Source: Nitrospirota bacterium
GTDB taxonomy: Bacteria > Nitrospirota > Thermodesulfovibrionia > Thermodesulfovibrionales > SM23-35
Direction of reading: 5' to 3'
NCBI GenBank assembly: GCA_049323875.1
Contig: JBMOLW010000041.1
Span: 74,476 to 138,475, forward strand
DNA: 64,000 nucleotides
Both the position numbers and the translations under genes were made by a program. The notes beneath the pieces are model-generated. The model had not been told where the DNA came from. It ran no database searches and saw only the letters and a list, made by a program, of their open reading frames with translations. Below, in pieces: positions 29,876 through 37,736 of the stretch. How positions within the stretch are numbered: position 1 is the first letter of the stretch; every line of letters begins with the position of its first letter.

Positions 29876-30216
29876 TTGACCACAAACTCATTTAACTTCA
29901 CCTCTTCGCCGCCTGCGTTCACCACAACGATAATCTCCGACACCCCGGTATACGGGGAGGCCTTTACAAAAGTCTCATAGGAGTAATGTTCATACGGGGC
30001 ATCGAACTGCGCCTTGCCGGCAACAGGATCCTGTTCGAGATCCGCCATTTTGCTCCTTGCAAGCAGGGTTGCGACCGTTATAGTCTCCTGCCTCTCAATC
30101 AGCCCCAGTTGGTAATTAACGGTATAGATGAGGGTTACAAGCAGGCTGCCGACTATTGCCAGCGCAATCAGCACCTCAAGAAGCGTGAAACCCCTTTTTC
30201 CTCCTTCCTCCTTCAT
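29872..30216 (-). CDS. gspI: Type II secretion minor pseudopilin I
   Basis: 114 aa starting MKEEGGKRG|FTLLEVLIALAIVG. The start codon and SD lie inside the heptamer array. Confidence 0.75.
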   Translation of the reverse strand: MKEEGGKRGFTLLEVLIALAIVGSLLVTLIYTVNYQLGLIERQETITVATLLARSKMADLEQDPVAGKAQFDAPYEHYSYETFVKASPYTGVSEIIVVVNAGGEEVKLNEFVVK

Positions 30217-30272
30217 CCTTCCTCCTTCATCCTTCCTCCTTCATCCTTCATCCCTCATCCTTCATCCCTCGT
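30203..30272. repeat. Heptamer tandem array (CCTTCAT/CCTTCCT)x10 at the gspH-gspI junction
   Basis: Ten contiguous 7-nt units. The coding strand reads ATGAAGG/AGGAAGG. The array contains the gspH TGA stop (30255-30257) and the gspI ATG (30214-30216). Confidence 0.92.
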
Positions 30273-30725
30273 CTCTATCTTCACCCTGCCGCTCAGGTGG
30301 TTCAGCCTGACTGTCATCTGGCTTTCCCCCCTCGTCAGGTAGATAAAGAGGTCCTCCCGGGCGCCGAGAGGCTCAAACAGAAGAGTCAGTTCACCGCTCG
30401 ATACAAGCCCCCTGGATGGTATTTCGACTCCGGTGAGGTCATGAAAAAGCCGGGATTTCTTCCCTGCAGGCTCACTCCATGCCACCAGATTCTTCGTGAG
30501 ATCAAAGGTGAGGGAGAACGTCTCTTTTCTCGACACCGCATTGTCATTTACATATCTCAGGATTGAAGCCATCTCGCGTGCTTCAGCCCTCAGCCTGCTC
30601 TCTCCGAATCCGGTGAATGCAGGTAATATCACTGCCAGGACGACGGACAGGACAAAGAGCACTATGATCAGCTCGATGAGAGAAAAACCGGGGCTATTGC
30701 ATATCCCAGTTCTGGATATCCGCAT
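30255..30725 (-). CDS. gspH: Type II secretion minor pseudopilin H
   Basis: Prepilin motif MRISRTGICNSPG|FSLIELIIVLFVL. The ATG at 30725 has a purine-rich upstream region and is preferred over the track start 30761, which has no SD. Confidence 0.7.
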   Translation of the reverse strand: MRISRTGICNSPGFSLIELIIVLFVLSVVLAVILPAFTGFGESRLRAEAREMASILRYVNDNAVSRKETFSLTFDLTKNLVAWSEPAGKKSRLFHDLTGVEIPSRGLVSSGELTLLFEPLGAREDLFIYLTRGESQMTVRLNHLSGRVKIETRDEG

Positions 30726-31125
30726 CTTTCCCTTCCCCGCCCTCTTTTCCGTCTGCTCCATAGCTCAGGATATCAAAGTCGCCGTAGATACCGGGAGAGA
30801 TGTAGATATAGGGATTATTCCAGGGATCAAGCGGGATTTTTCTCTGTTCGAGATAGCCGCCTTCACGGTATTTCTCAGGTATCTGCCCGACAGCGGGCTT
30901 CTCGATGAGTGATTCAAGTCCCTGTTCAGTGCCCGGGTAAAACCCGTTGTCGAGCTTGAAGAGCTTCAGGGCAGTCTCAAAATTCTTTATCTGTACCTTT
31001 GCCTCTGCAATCCGTGCGTCGTCGGTCCGCCCGATGATCTTCGGCGCAACAATGGCAACGAGGAGACTGAGTATGAAAACCACGACAATAATTTCGAGCA
31101 GGGTAAATCCTTTCTTGTTTTTCAT
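30694..31125 (-). CDS. gspG: Type II secretion major pseudopilin G
   Basis: 143 aa starting MKNKKG|FTLLEIIVVVFILSLL. GspG core ..AKVQIKNFETALKLFKLDNGFYP..DPWNNPY. SD GGAGG. Confidence 0.93.
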   Translation of the reverse strand: MKNKKGFTLLEIIVVVFILSLLVAIVAPKIIGRTDDARIAEAKVQIKNFETALKLFKLDNGFYPGTEQGLESLIEKPAVGQIPEKYREGGYLEQRKIPLDPWNNPYIYISPGIYGDFDILSYGADGKEGGEGKDADIQNWDMQ

Positions 31126-31183
31126 GATTCCTCCGTTCTGGGTTCTCTATTACTAAGACGGCTATAACCAAGGAGACATCTGA

Positions 31184-31249
31184 CATTGCCCGACTTGATC
31201 GGGTAATCCAGAGGAAGGCAAAAGATTCCCCGGTCAAGCCGGAGAATGA
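31184..31249. repeat. Bipartite double-hairpin REP-like element, copy c
   Basis: CATTGCCCGA-CTTGA-TCGGGTAATCC, a 14-nt spacer, then GATTCCCCGG-TCAAG-CCGGAGAATGA. Lies between gspF and gspG. Confidence 0.85.
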
Positions 31250-31274
31250 CGAACAGACAAGCTTCTGTCGCCAT

Positions 31275-31400
31275 ACTAATGACCGCATTAGTAACTGTCC
31301 GGTATAGTCCTTGAGCGGCTTTATCTCCCGAATGCGTTCGGGAGATACCTCGGAGGGCGATAGCCCGAGAATGAGCGAAAGTACTATACCGGACAGTTAT
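31275..31400. other. Highly structured element (three-way-junction-like) between gspF and gspG
   Basis: Perfect 15-bp closing stem ACTGTCCGGTATAGT (31294-31308) / ACTATACCGGACAGT (31383-31397). It encloses hairpins ATCTCCCGAA-TGCG-TTCGGGAGAT and CTC..GGGC-GATA-GCCC-GAG. An adjacent hairpin ACTAATG-ACCG-CATTAGT sits alongside. Confidence 0.45.
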
Positions 31401-31408
31401 TCGTATGC

Positions 31409-32584
31409 TCATTTGATCAACTGGTTCAACTGGAATATCGGAAGCAGGACCGCAAGCACGATGAGTCCAACCAGAAATCCCATGCAGAGAATCATCGCCG
31501 GTTCAAGCAGCGAAAGGGCTTTGTCAACCCTGCGGGAGAACTCCTCCTCGTAAGAATGTGCGGCATTTCTGAGAACCTCTGCCAACTGTCCGCTCCTTTC
31601 TCCGGTTGAAATCAGCTGGAGGAGTACCGGGGGAAAACCATCGAGCGATGCAGAAAGCCGGGCACCCTCTGACACCCGCTTTCCGGCATCCAGAACGTTC
31701 ATCTCAATCACTTTGTTCCCGATCGATCTTGCGGAAAGCTCAAGGGCATTCAGCATGGGAAGCCCCCCCTCAAGAAGGAATGACAAGATCCGGGCGAAAC
31801 GCCCGAAATAGAGGCTCTGGAGAATATTGCCCGGGATACGCAATACCACCCTGTCGACAAAGGCACGTTTCTTCTCCCTGAGGTCCCTGAGGAAATAGAG
31901 ACCACTGAGAAGCAAGCCCATAAGGACCCACCAGGAGCGCTGAAAAACATCACTCACCCAGATGAGTATCACGGTAAGCAAGGGGAGCGCGCTCTGGGTG
32001 TCCTGGTATATTCTGGTGATTTTCGGCATCACAAAGGCGAAGAGAAAAGAAAGCACGATAAAGCTTATGCAGATCATAAAAACAGGGTAGATCATCGATG
32101 TCCTAACTTTGGATTTCAGGCTGTCCTGGGACTCGAGAAAATCGGCGATACGGATGAGGATAGTATCGAGATTTCCGCTCGCCTCACCTGCAGCGATCAT
32201 ATTGATATAGAATTCAGGAAAAATTTTTGGATATTCCTCCAACGCTTTCGAGAAATTTGACCCTGCGGCAATTCGTTCCCGTATGTCCACCAGCATGGTT
32301 TTCCAGAAACCTTTCTGCTCGTCTGAGAGTGACCTGAGCGCTTCAAGGAGGGGTACGCCGGAGGAGAGAAGGGTTGATAATTGCCGCGTTACGGAGGGCA
32401 GAAGGGCTGAGTCGTTTCTGCTGAACAGGGAAAACCGTCTTGTTCCCGAAACCCCTTCCACGTTTCTCGGATAGAGCCCTGACTCTTTGAGCCTGAGCAC
32501 TGCGTCCTTCCTGCTTGCTGCCTCGATCGTTCCCGTTGCCTCGGAACCGTCAGCCCTGTATCCCTTATAGTGAAATATCGGCAT
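31409..32584 (-). CDS. gspF: Type II secretion system inner-membrane platform protein F
   Basis: 391 aa with two GspF/PilC-type repeats and three TM segments. Confidence 0.92.
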   Translation of the reverse strand: MPIFHYKGYRADGSEATGTIEAASRKDAVLRLKESGLYPRNVEGVSGTRRFSLFSRNDSALLPSVTRQLSTLLSSGVPLLEALRSLSDEQKGFWKTMLVDIRERIAAGSNFSKALEEYPKIFPEFYINMIAAGEASGNLDTILIRIADFLESQDSLKSKVRTSMIYPVFMICISFIVLSFLFAFVMPKITRIYQDTQSALPLLTVILIWVSDVFQRSWWVLMGLLLSGLYFLRDLREKKRAFVDRVVLRIPGNILQSLYFGRFARILSFLLEGGLPMLNALELSARSIGNKVIEMNVLDAGKRVSEGARLSASLDGFPPVLLQLISTGERSGQLAEVLRNAAHSYEEEFSRRVDKALSLLEPAMILCMGFLVGLIVLAVLLPIFQLNQLIK

Positions 32585-34085
32585 AATCTTTCTGGGTTAC
32601 CCGCAGGACTTCTTCAAGGGTTGTAATCCCCTGTATCACCTTCTCAAGTCCGTCCTGGCGGAGCGTTTTCATACCCTGCGAAACTGCCTGGCTCTTGATC
32701 CTCTGGGAGTCCATCCGGTCGGTGATCATGGGACGTATCTCGCTGCTGATCTCGAGCAGTTCGAAAATGCCCAGCCTCCCGAGATATCCCTTTCCCTTGC
32801 AGGTATCACATCCCTGCCCCCTGAAAAGAGCCCGGGGAGGTTCCGGGAAATATGAGCGCTCACTCTCCGACGGGGCATAGGCTATCTTGCACCGGGGGCA
32901 GATCGTACGCACCAGCCTCTGCGCAAGCACAAGGGCAAGTGACGAAGCAACGAGGAAGGGCTCGATACCCATGTCTATGAGCCTCACCAGTGCGCTCGGT
33001 GCATCGTTTGTATGAAGGGTGCTGAGAACAAGATGACCGGTAAGCGATGCCTGCATGGCTATTTCAGCCGTTTCGAGGTCTCTTATCTCTCCGACCATGA
33101 TCACGTCAGGGTCCTGCCTCAGAATAGACCTCAGCCCCGAGGCAAAGGTAAGTCTTATTTTAGGGTTCACCTGAACCTGTCCGATGCCTTTCAGCTGATA
33201 TTCGATCGGGTCCTCAACCGTGATAATATTTTTTTCTTCCGTATGAATCCTGTTGAGCGCAGCGTAGAGGGTCGTCGTCTTCCCGCTCCCGGTGGGACCC
33301 GTAACCAGGATGATACCATCCGGCCTTTTCAGATGCTCCTCCATCTTTTTTTCGTCATCCCTGCTGAACCCGACCTCCCAGAGCCCCAGCAGACCCTGTT
33401 TCCTGTCAAGGAGCCTCAGCACTGCCCTCTCGCCATGAGATGCAGGGATGACCGATACCCTGATATCGATATCCCTTCCACCGAGAAGAAGGCGTATCCT
33501 CCCGTCCTGCGGAAGCCTCTTTTCAGCAATGTCGAGGTTCGCCATGATCTTGATCCTGCTGATTAATGCATCCTGGATAATTTTCGGCGGGGTCAGCACC
33601 CTGTGGAGCACCCCGTCTATTCTCAGTCTCACATCGAGCTCTTTCTCATACGGCTCGATGTGGATATCACTTGCACGCTCTTTTACCGCCTGGAGCAGAA
33701 GTGCGTTGAGGAGCCGGATTATGGGGGCCTCTTCGGTCAGTTCGAGCAGGTCTTTCGGTGCTTCGAATTCAGTCGCAACAGAAGAGAGGTCTTCTCCGGC
33801 AATGGTATCCATAACCTCCTCTGCCGAACCCATCTGCCCGTAGAACCTGTTGATCGCATCGAGGATGACCCCTGCACTTGCCCTGACGGGTTTGGGCTTC
33901 AATCCCAGCGTCTTCGCGACTTCAGAAAGCGCAAGCACTCCCCTGTCGTCGGCAACGGCACAGAGGAGATCCGCGTTATCCTGCCTGATAGGGAAGATCT
34001 GGTTGTTCTTTACAAAGGCGAGGGGGATATTCCTGAGAAGAACGGCTTCAACATCCTCATCTCTTATGGCATCAATTTTTTCCAT
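32565..34085 (-). CDS. gspE: Type II secretion system ATPase E
   Basis: 506 aa with Walker A GPTGSGKTT, Asp/His boxes, and the zinc motif CPRC..CDTC. Confidence 0.95.
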   Translation of the reverse strand: MEKIDAIRDEDVEAVLLRNIPLAFVKNNQIFPIRQDNADLLCAVADDRGVLALSEVAKTLGLKPKPVRASAGVILDAINRFYGQMGSAEEVMDTIAGEDLSSVATEFEAPKDLLELTEEAPIIRLLNALLLQAVKERASDIHIEPYEKELDVRLRIDGVLHRVLTPPKIIQDALISRIKIMANLDIAEKRLPQDGRIRLLLGGRDIDIRVSVIPASHGERAVLRLLDRKQGLLGLWEVGFSRDDEKKMEEHLKRPDGIILVTGPTGSGKTTTLYAALNRIHTEEKNIITVEDPIEYQLKGIGQVQVNPKIRLTFASGLRSILRQDPDVIMVGEIRDLETAEIAMQASLTGHLVLSTLHTNDAPSALVRLIDMGIEPFLVASSLALVLAQRLVRTICPRCKIAYAPSESERSYFPEPPRALFRGQGCDTCKGKGYLGRLGIFELLEISSEIRPMITDRMDSQRIKSQAVSQGMKTLRQDGLEKVIQGITTLEEVLRVTQKDYADISL

Positions 34086-34092
34086 CCGATAG

Positions 34093-36369
34093 TCATTGTA
34101 TCTTCATGATATAGTTGGGCTCTGCATATTCCACCTCTTTATAGCTCATAAAAATCCTGACCGCGTCCTTCACATCCCGGCCCTCCTTCACCAGTATCCG
34201 GTAGAGTCCTTTCGGCTTCAAAGGAGACTCGACAGCAGCATCCTCCCGGGAGAGTATCTCAGCGATCCTCTCCTCTGAAGTCCCCTCTCTGAATTTTACG
34301 AGCAACTCGCCCTCTTTATATCTTTCCTCCATCCTTGCAAATTGCAACTGTTTTTCACCGGTCAACTTATCGAGCTGCTCAGGTTCTCTCACAATATGGG
34401 GAGTCAGGAATATGAGCAGGTTAGTCTTCTTTTTCTCCACAGATTTGTTCTTGAACAGCCAGCCCAGCAGGGGGATATCGCCGAGGAGCGGCATCTTGTT
34501 CACAGTCTCTTCCTCCCGCTCTTCCATGAGTCCCCCGATTACCACGGTCTGGTTATCCTTGACAACAACAGAGGTTTTTGTCGAGCGTTTCGTTGTTGTA
34601 GGCCCCACAGTGAGCACCACGGTGGTTGATTCCTGCTTCAGGGCTGATATCTCTTCATAGATGTCGAGTTTCACATGGTTCCCTTCCGTAATCTGCGGGG
34701 TGATTCTCAGCGTAATCCCGACGTCTTTCCTCTCGATCGAGGTGAAGACTGATTGAGGCCGTGCAGGATCGGATTCTTTCTGTGCGATGAACGGCACATT
34801 CTCTCCCACGATGATTTCTGCTTCCTTGTTGTCAGAGGTCAGGATCTGCGGGGTGGAAAGGACGTTCACTGCGTCCTTGAACTCGTTCAGGCTGAAAAGC
34901 GCTGCAAACCCGGGCACAGTCAGAGTTGAAGTCACAGCAGTTCCGTCCGTGCCGATCGTCGTAATCGGGACATCGAGAAAATTCCCCATACCGCCGGCTG
35001 TCATTCCGGTGAGTCCGTAGAGAATTCCCTGCATGGAGGTGGCATCGATCTGACCGAAACCTCCGACCGCAACCGGCTCTCCGTCCTTTTCAGCGATGAT
35101 CCGCCACTTGGAGCCGAGTTCCTGCAACCTGTCTATCGAGGCTTCAACGATCATCGCCTCTACGTATACCTGCCTTCTCTTCCTGTCAAGCTGTTTGATG
35201 ACCTGGACAAGGTTCTGGTAATCTGAAGGAGAGGCTACAATAACAAGAGAATTGGTCGCCTTGTCCGGTGAGATAATAACCCTGCCTCCCGGCTCGAAGG
35301 GGCTCTTCTGTTGCTGGCTCTGCTGACCTGTCTGTCCTGTCCTTGCCTGTGCTGATATCCCCGTTATCATGGAATCAAGCACCTTGGAGAGTTCAGTTGC
35401 GTCCGCATATTCAAGGAAATAGACGTTGATCTTGCTTATTGCATCAGGAAGCGGGATATCGAGGAGAGAAACAATCCGCTTCATGGCCTCTTTTTCCTGC
35501 TTGTCTGCAATCATGATAACGGCATTCAGCCTCGTGTCTGCAAAAACCGTTGATTTGGATTCCTCAACAGACGCCGCCGGCACGGTTTCGCCCGGCCTCA
35601 GCGCCCTCATTGCAGCGGGTTGCCCCTTGCTGCTCAGGACCAGTGTCTCGGTCAGGATCTTCACCACATCTTCCGCATTTGCATATTTCAGGAGAACAAG
35701 CTCAGGCTCCTCTATGCCCGGCTTGTCTATGGTTTCAAGGATCTCGAGCATTCGCTGGACATTCGTTGCAGAGTCGACCACCATGAGCATATTCCCCGGG
35801 CCGAAGGATGAGATATGCCCGTCCCGCGAGACAAGGGGCTGGAGGAAATTCATCGCCTTTGCAGAAGAGATCGCGCTCAGTTGTATCAGTCTTGTGATGT
35901 ACGCATCGCTCACCGGCACACCCTCGTCCGTCTGGAGTTCGGTTCCTGTCTGCCTTGCCTGGGTGGTCGGCACGATCTTATATACTTTTCCGGACGGTAT
36001 AATGGTAAACCCCTTCAGTTCCAGTACTGAAGTGAAAAGGTGGAATGCATCATCCACCGAAAGCCTGGATGGCGCGATGATGGTTATCGTACCCTTCACT
36101 TTCTCATCGAAGACGAAGTTCTTGCCTGTTACTTCGCTGATGAACTTCACCACGACCGGGATATCCACGTCTACAAAGTTGAAGGCTACTTTCTTCTCCT
36201 TACCCTGGCTTTCTTGTTTTTCGGTCGGGGAGGTTTCTCCATACAGGGATGAAATAGGAAGGATGAAGGATGAAATGAGAAACAGGAGAAGGATGAAGGA
36301 TGAAGGATGAAGGATGAAACGTGAACTAACAGAAGAACGAAGGTTGAAGGATGAAAATTTATTCCTCAT
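34093..36369 (-). CDS. gspD: Type II secretion system secretin D with C-terminal S8-propeptide-like domain
   Basis: 758 aa with a repeat-encoded signal peptide, N0-N3 domains and a secretin core (VVIGGLMEE..PLLGDIPLLGWLF). The last 75 aa (YKEGELLVKFREG..VEYAEPNYIMKIQ) resemble the neighbouring protease propeptides. Confidence 0.93.
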   Translation of the reverse strand: MRNKFSSFNLRSSVSSRFILHPSSFILLLFLISSFILPISSLYGETSPTEKQESQGKEKKVAFNFVDVDIPVVVKFISEVTGKNFVFDEKVKGTITIIAPSRLSVDDAFHLFTSVLELKGFTIIPSGKVYKIVPTTQARQTGTELQTDEGVPVSDAYITRLIQLSAISSAKAMNFLQPLVSRDGHISSFGPGNMLMVVDSATNVQRMLEILETIDKPGIEEPELVLLKYANAEDVVKILTETLVLSSKGQPAAMRALRPGETVPAASVEESKSTVFADTRLNAVIMIADKQEKEAMKRIVSLLDIPLPDAISKINVYFLEYADATELSKVLDSMITGISAQARTGQTGQQSQQQKSPFEPGGRVIISPDKATNSLVIVASPSDYQNLVQVIKQLDRKRRQVYVEAMIVEASIDRLQELGSKWRIIAEKDGEPVAVGGFGQIDATSMQGILYGLTGMTAGGMGNFLDVPITTIGTDGTAVTSTLTVPGFAALFSLNEFKDAVNVLSTPQILTSDNKEAEIIVGENVPFIAQKESDPARPQSVFTSIERKDVGITLRITPQITEGNHVKLDIYEEISALKQESTTVVLTVGPTTTKRSTKTSVVVKDNQTVVIGGLMEEREEETVNKMPLLGDIPLLGWLFKNKSVEKKKTNLLIFLTPHIVREPEQLDKLTGEKQLQFARMEERYKEGELLVKFREGTSEERIAEILSREDAAVESPLKPKGLYRILVKEGRDVKDAVRIFMSYKEVEYAEPNYIMKIQ
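36247..36355. repeat. GGATGAA heptamer arrays within the 5' end of gspD
   Basis: GGATGAA units at 36247, 36261, 36268, 36291-36318 (4 perfect) and 36349. The coding strand reads TTCATCC, giving SRFILHPSSFILLLFLISSFILPISS. Confidence 0.9.
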
Positions 36370-36371
36370 CT

Positions 36372-36734
36372 CTATTTCCTCCTAACCTTTTTCACGATGG
36401 ATGTAAAAATTGCTATCAATTCATTGGCCTCTGAGAGTAAGGTTTTCAGTTCTGCACTGCTATTTATTTTAGCATCAAACAATAGTTCAAGCCAGTATAT
36501 CGTTTCATCCAGCTCCTGAACAACGATTCCGATTTTGGAAACAAATTCAGAATCAGAGCGGGCACGACACGCTTCGCGGTAATTCGCACGAGCCGATGTT
36601 CCGGAACGCAATACTTGTTTGCCGATTATTTGAGCTTCATGAGATTTGGAAGGAAGTAAAGAATAGAAATGGACTATCTTTATCGCGTATTTTTTTGTCC
36701 TGTCCCTCAAATTCTCTGTGATTCTATTTTCCAT
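36372..36734 (-). CDS. Four-helix-bundle protein (23S rRNA intervening-sequence protein family)
   Basis: 120 aa with family pattern ..QVLRSGTSARANYREACRARSDSEFVSKIGIVVQELDETIYWLELL. Lower GC than its neighbours. Alternative start at 36773 inside the heptamer array. The stop lies 2 nt before the gspD ATG. Confidence 0.8.
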   Translation of the reverse strand: MENRITENLRDRTKKYAIKIVHFYSLLPSKSHEAQIIGKQVLRSGTSARANYREACRARSDSEFVSKIGIVVQELDETIYWLELLFDAKINSSAELKTLLSEANELIAIFTSIVKKVRRK

Positions 36735-36761
36735 TTTCCTCCCTGTTTTTTCTGTCTTTAC

Positions 36762-36792
36762 TTCCTCCTTCATCCCTCACCATTCATCCTTA
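36762..36792. repeat. Short heptamer array (TTCCTCC/TTCATCC) between gspC and the four-helix-bundle gene
   Basis: TTCCTCC TTCATCC CTCACCA TTCATCC, in inverted orientation relative to the 36247-36355 arrays. Confidence 0.8.
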
Positions 36793-36796
36793 TCTT

Positions 36797-37672
36797 TTAT
36801 CGTATCTGATACGTCATGGTCATCCGTGCGCCTGACCGGATCATGTCAATCTGCACCCTGTCAAGACCTTTCAGCGCATTGAATGCCTGCAGCGCCCTGT
36901 CAGGATTCGAAATATCGTATTCGTTGATCCGAAGCAGCACATCACCGTCCTGGAGACCCAGACTGTGGTAGATCCCCCCGGGTTTCACTTCACTCAGGAC
37001 GAACCCCTCCTCCCTGCCGTTCACCACGTTCGGCCTGAGCCGTGCATCGGTCATCATCTGGGCCGGATTCGCAATTGCATGCTGGAGTCTGTTCTGATCA
37101 ACGACATATAACCCCCTCCCTACTCTCTGGGCAAATGCAGAAAGCTGAGGACTGCCTGCAGCGACCGGGCTGCTGATCTCTTTTATGGTAACGTCATCGA
37201 GGGGGATTTCGATCTCCCTGCCCCCCTGTATAAGCAAGACCTTTTCTTTTTCGACACGGGAGAGTTTCCCGGCTCCAAAGACTGATTCGCCGAGCTTGAA
37301 TACATCCTGCAGCCCTGTCCTGTCCCTGAATATTCCGAAGGTCATCTCCTTCGGGCCAACTACTGTGCCGACCAGTGCGATATCCGCCGGACCTGCCTGA
37401 CTTCCGGAAGAAGCGGCCAGGAGCTTCAGTTCCCCGCCAGGGAAACCGAAAGGATTGTTCGCAAGGATACGGGCATACTCTGTGAATTGGGTCTTGTGCA
37501 TTTCCGGCTGTTTACCGGCAGTCGAAAGGGATTCTGTCCTTGAGGCCTTTCCCTGTGCGAAATACAGCGTCAGGGCATCCCTGACCAGAAAAAGAGTCGC
37601 TAACACAAGGAGGATGCCGAGACAGACATTCAGAAAGAAAATAGTTCTCTTTGTCAGAAGTCCTGAGTTCAA
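36797..37672 (-). CDS. gspC: Type II secretion system protein C (PDZ domain)
   Basis: 291 aa with an N-terminal TM, an HR-like region and a C-terminal PDZ (GFVLSEVKPGGIYHSLGLQDGDVLLRIN). TTG start, and the only start available. Confidence 0.8.
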   Translation of the reverse strand: MNSGLLTKRTIFFLNVCLGILLVLATLFLVRDALTLYFAQGKASRTESLSTAGKQPEMHKTQFTEYARILANNPFGFPGGELKLLAASSGSQAGPADIALVGTVVGPKEMTFGIFRDRTGLQDVFKLGESVFGAGKLSRVEKEKVLLIQGGREIEIPLDDVTIKEISSPVAAGSPQLSAFAQRVGRGLYVVDQNRLQHAIANPAQMMTDARLRPNVVNGREEGFVLSEVKPGGIYHSLGLQDGDVLLRINEYDISNPDRALQAFNALKGLDRVQIDMIRSGARMTMTYQIR

Positions 37673-37736
37673 TGGGTATCCTTGTATAATACGCTACTCT
37701 ACAGTCCCAAAGGCTCATGGGACATAGGCATCAGCG

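Noticed and set aside
30203-30272. Heptamer arrays considered as CRISPR or as assembly artefacts
   Set aside because: The 7-nt period with no spacers and no cas genes rules out CRISPR. The arrays are integrated in-frame with functional start and stop codons and with conserved protein flanks at four loci, which argues against random misassembly, although read-level confirmation is still advisable.
31122-31412. 96-aa ORF filling the gspF-gspG gap
   Set aside because: Its sequence is a translation of REP copy c and the structured element (..ILRLDRGIFCLPLDYPIKSGNV..). It has no SD and no family resemblance, so the region is better explained as non-coding structure.
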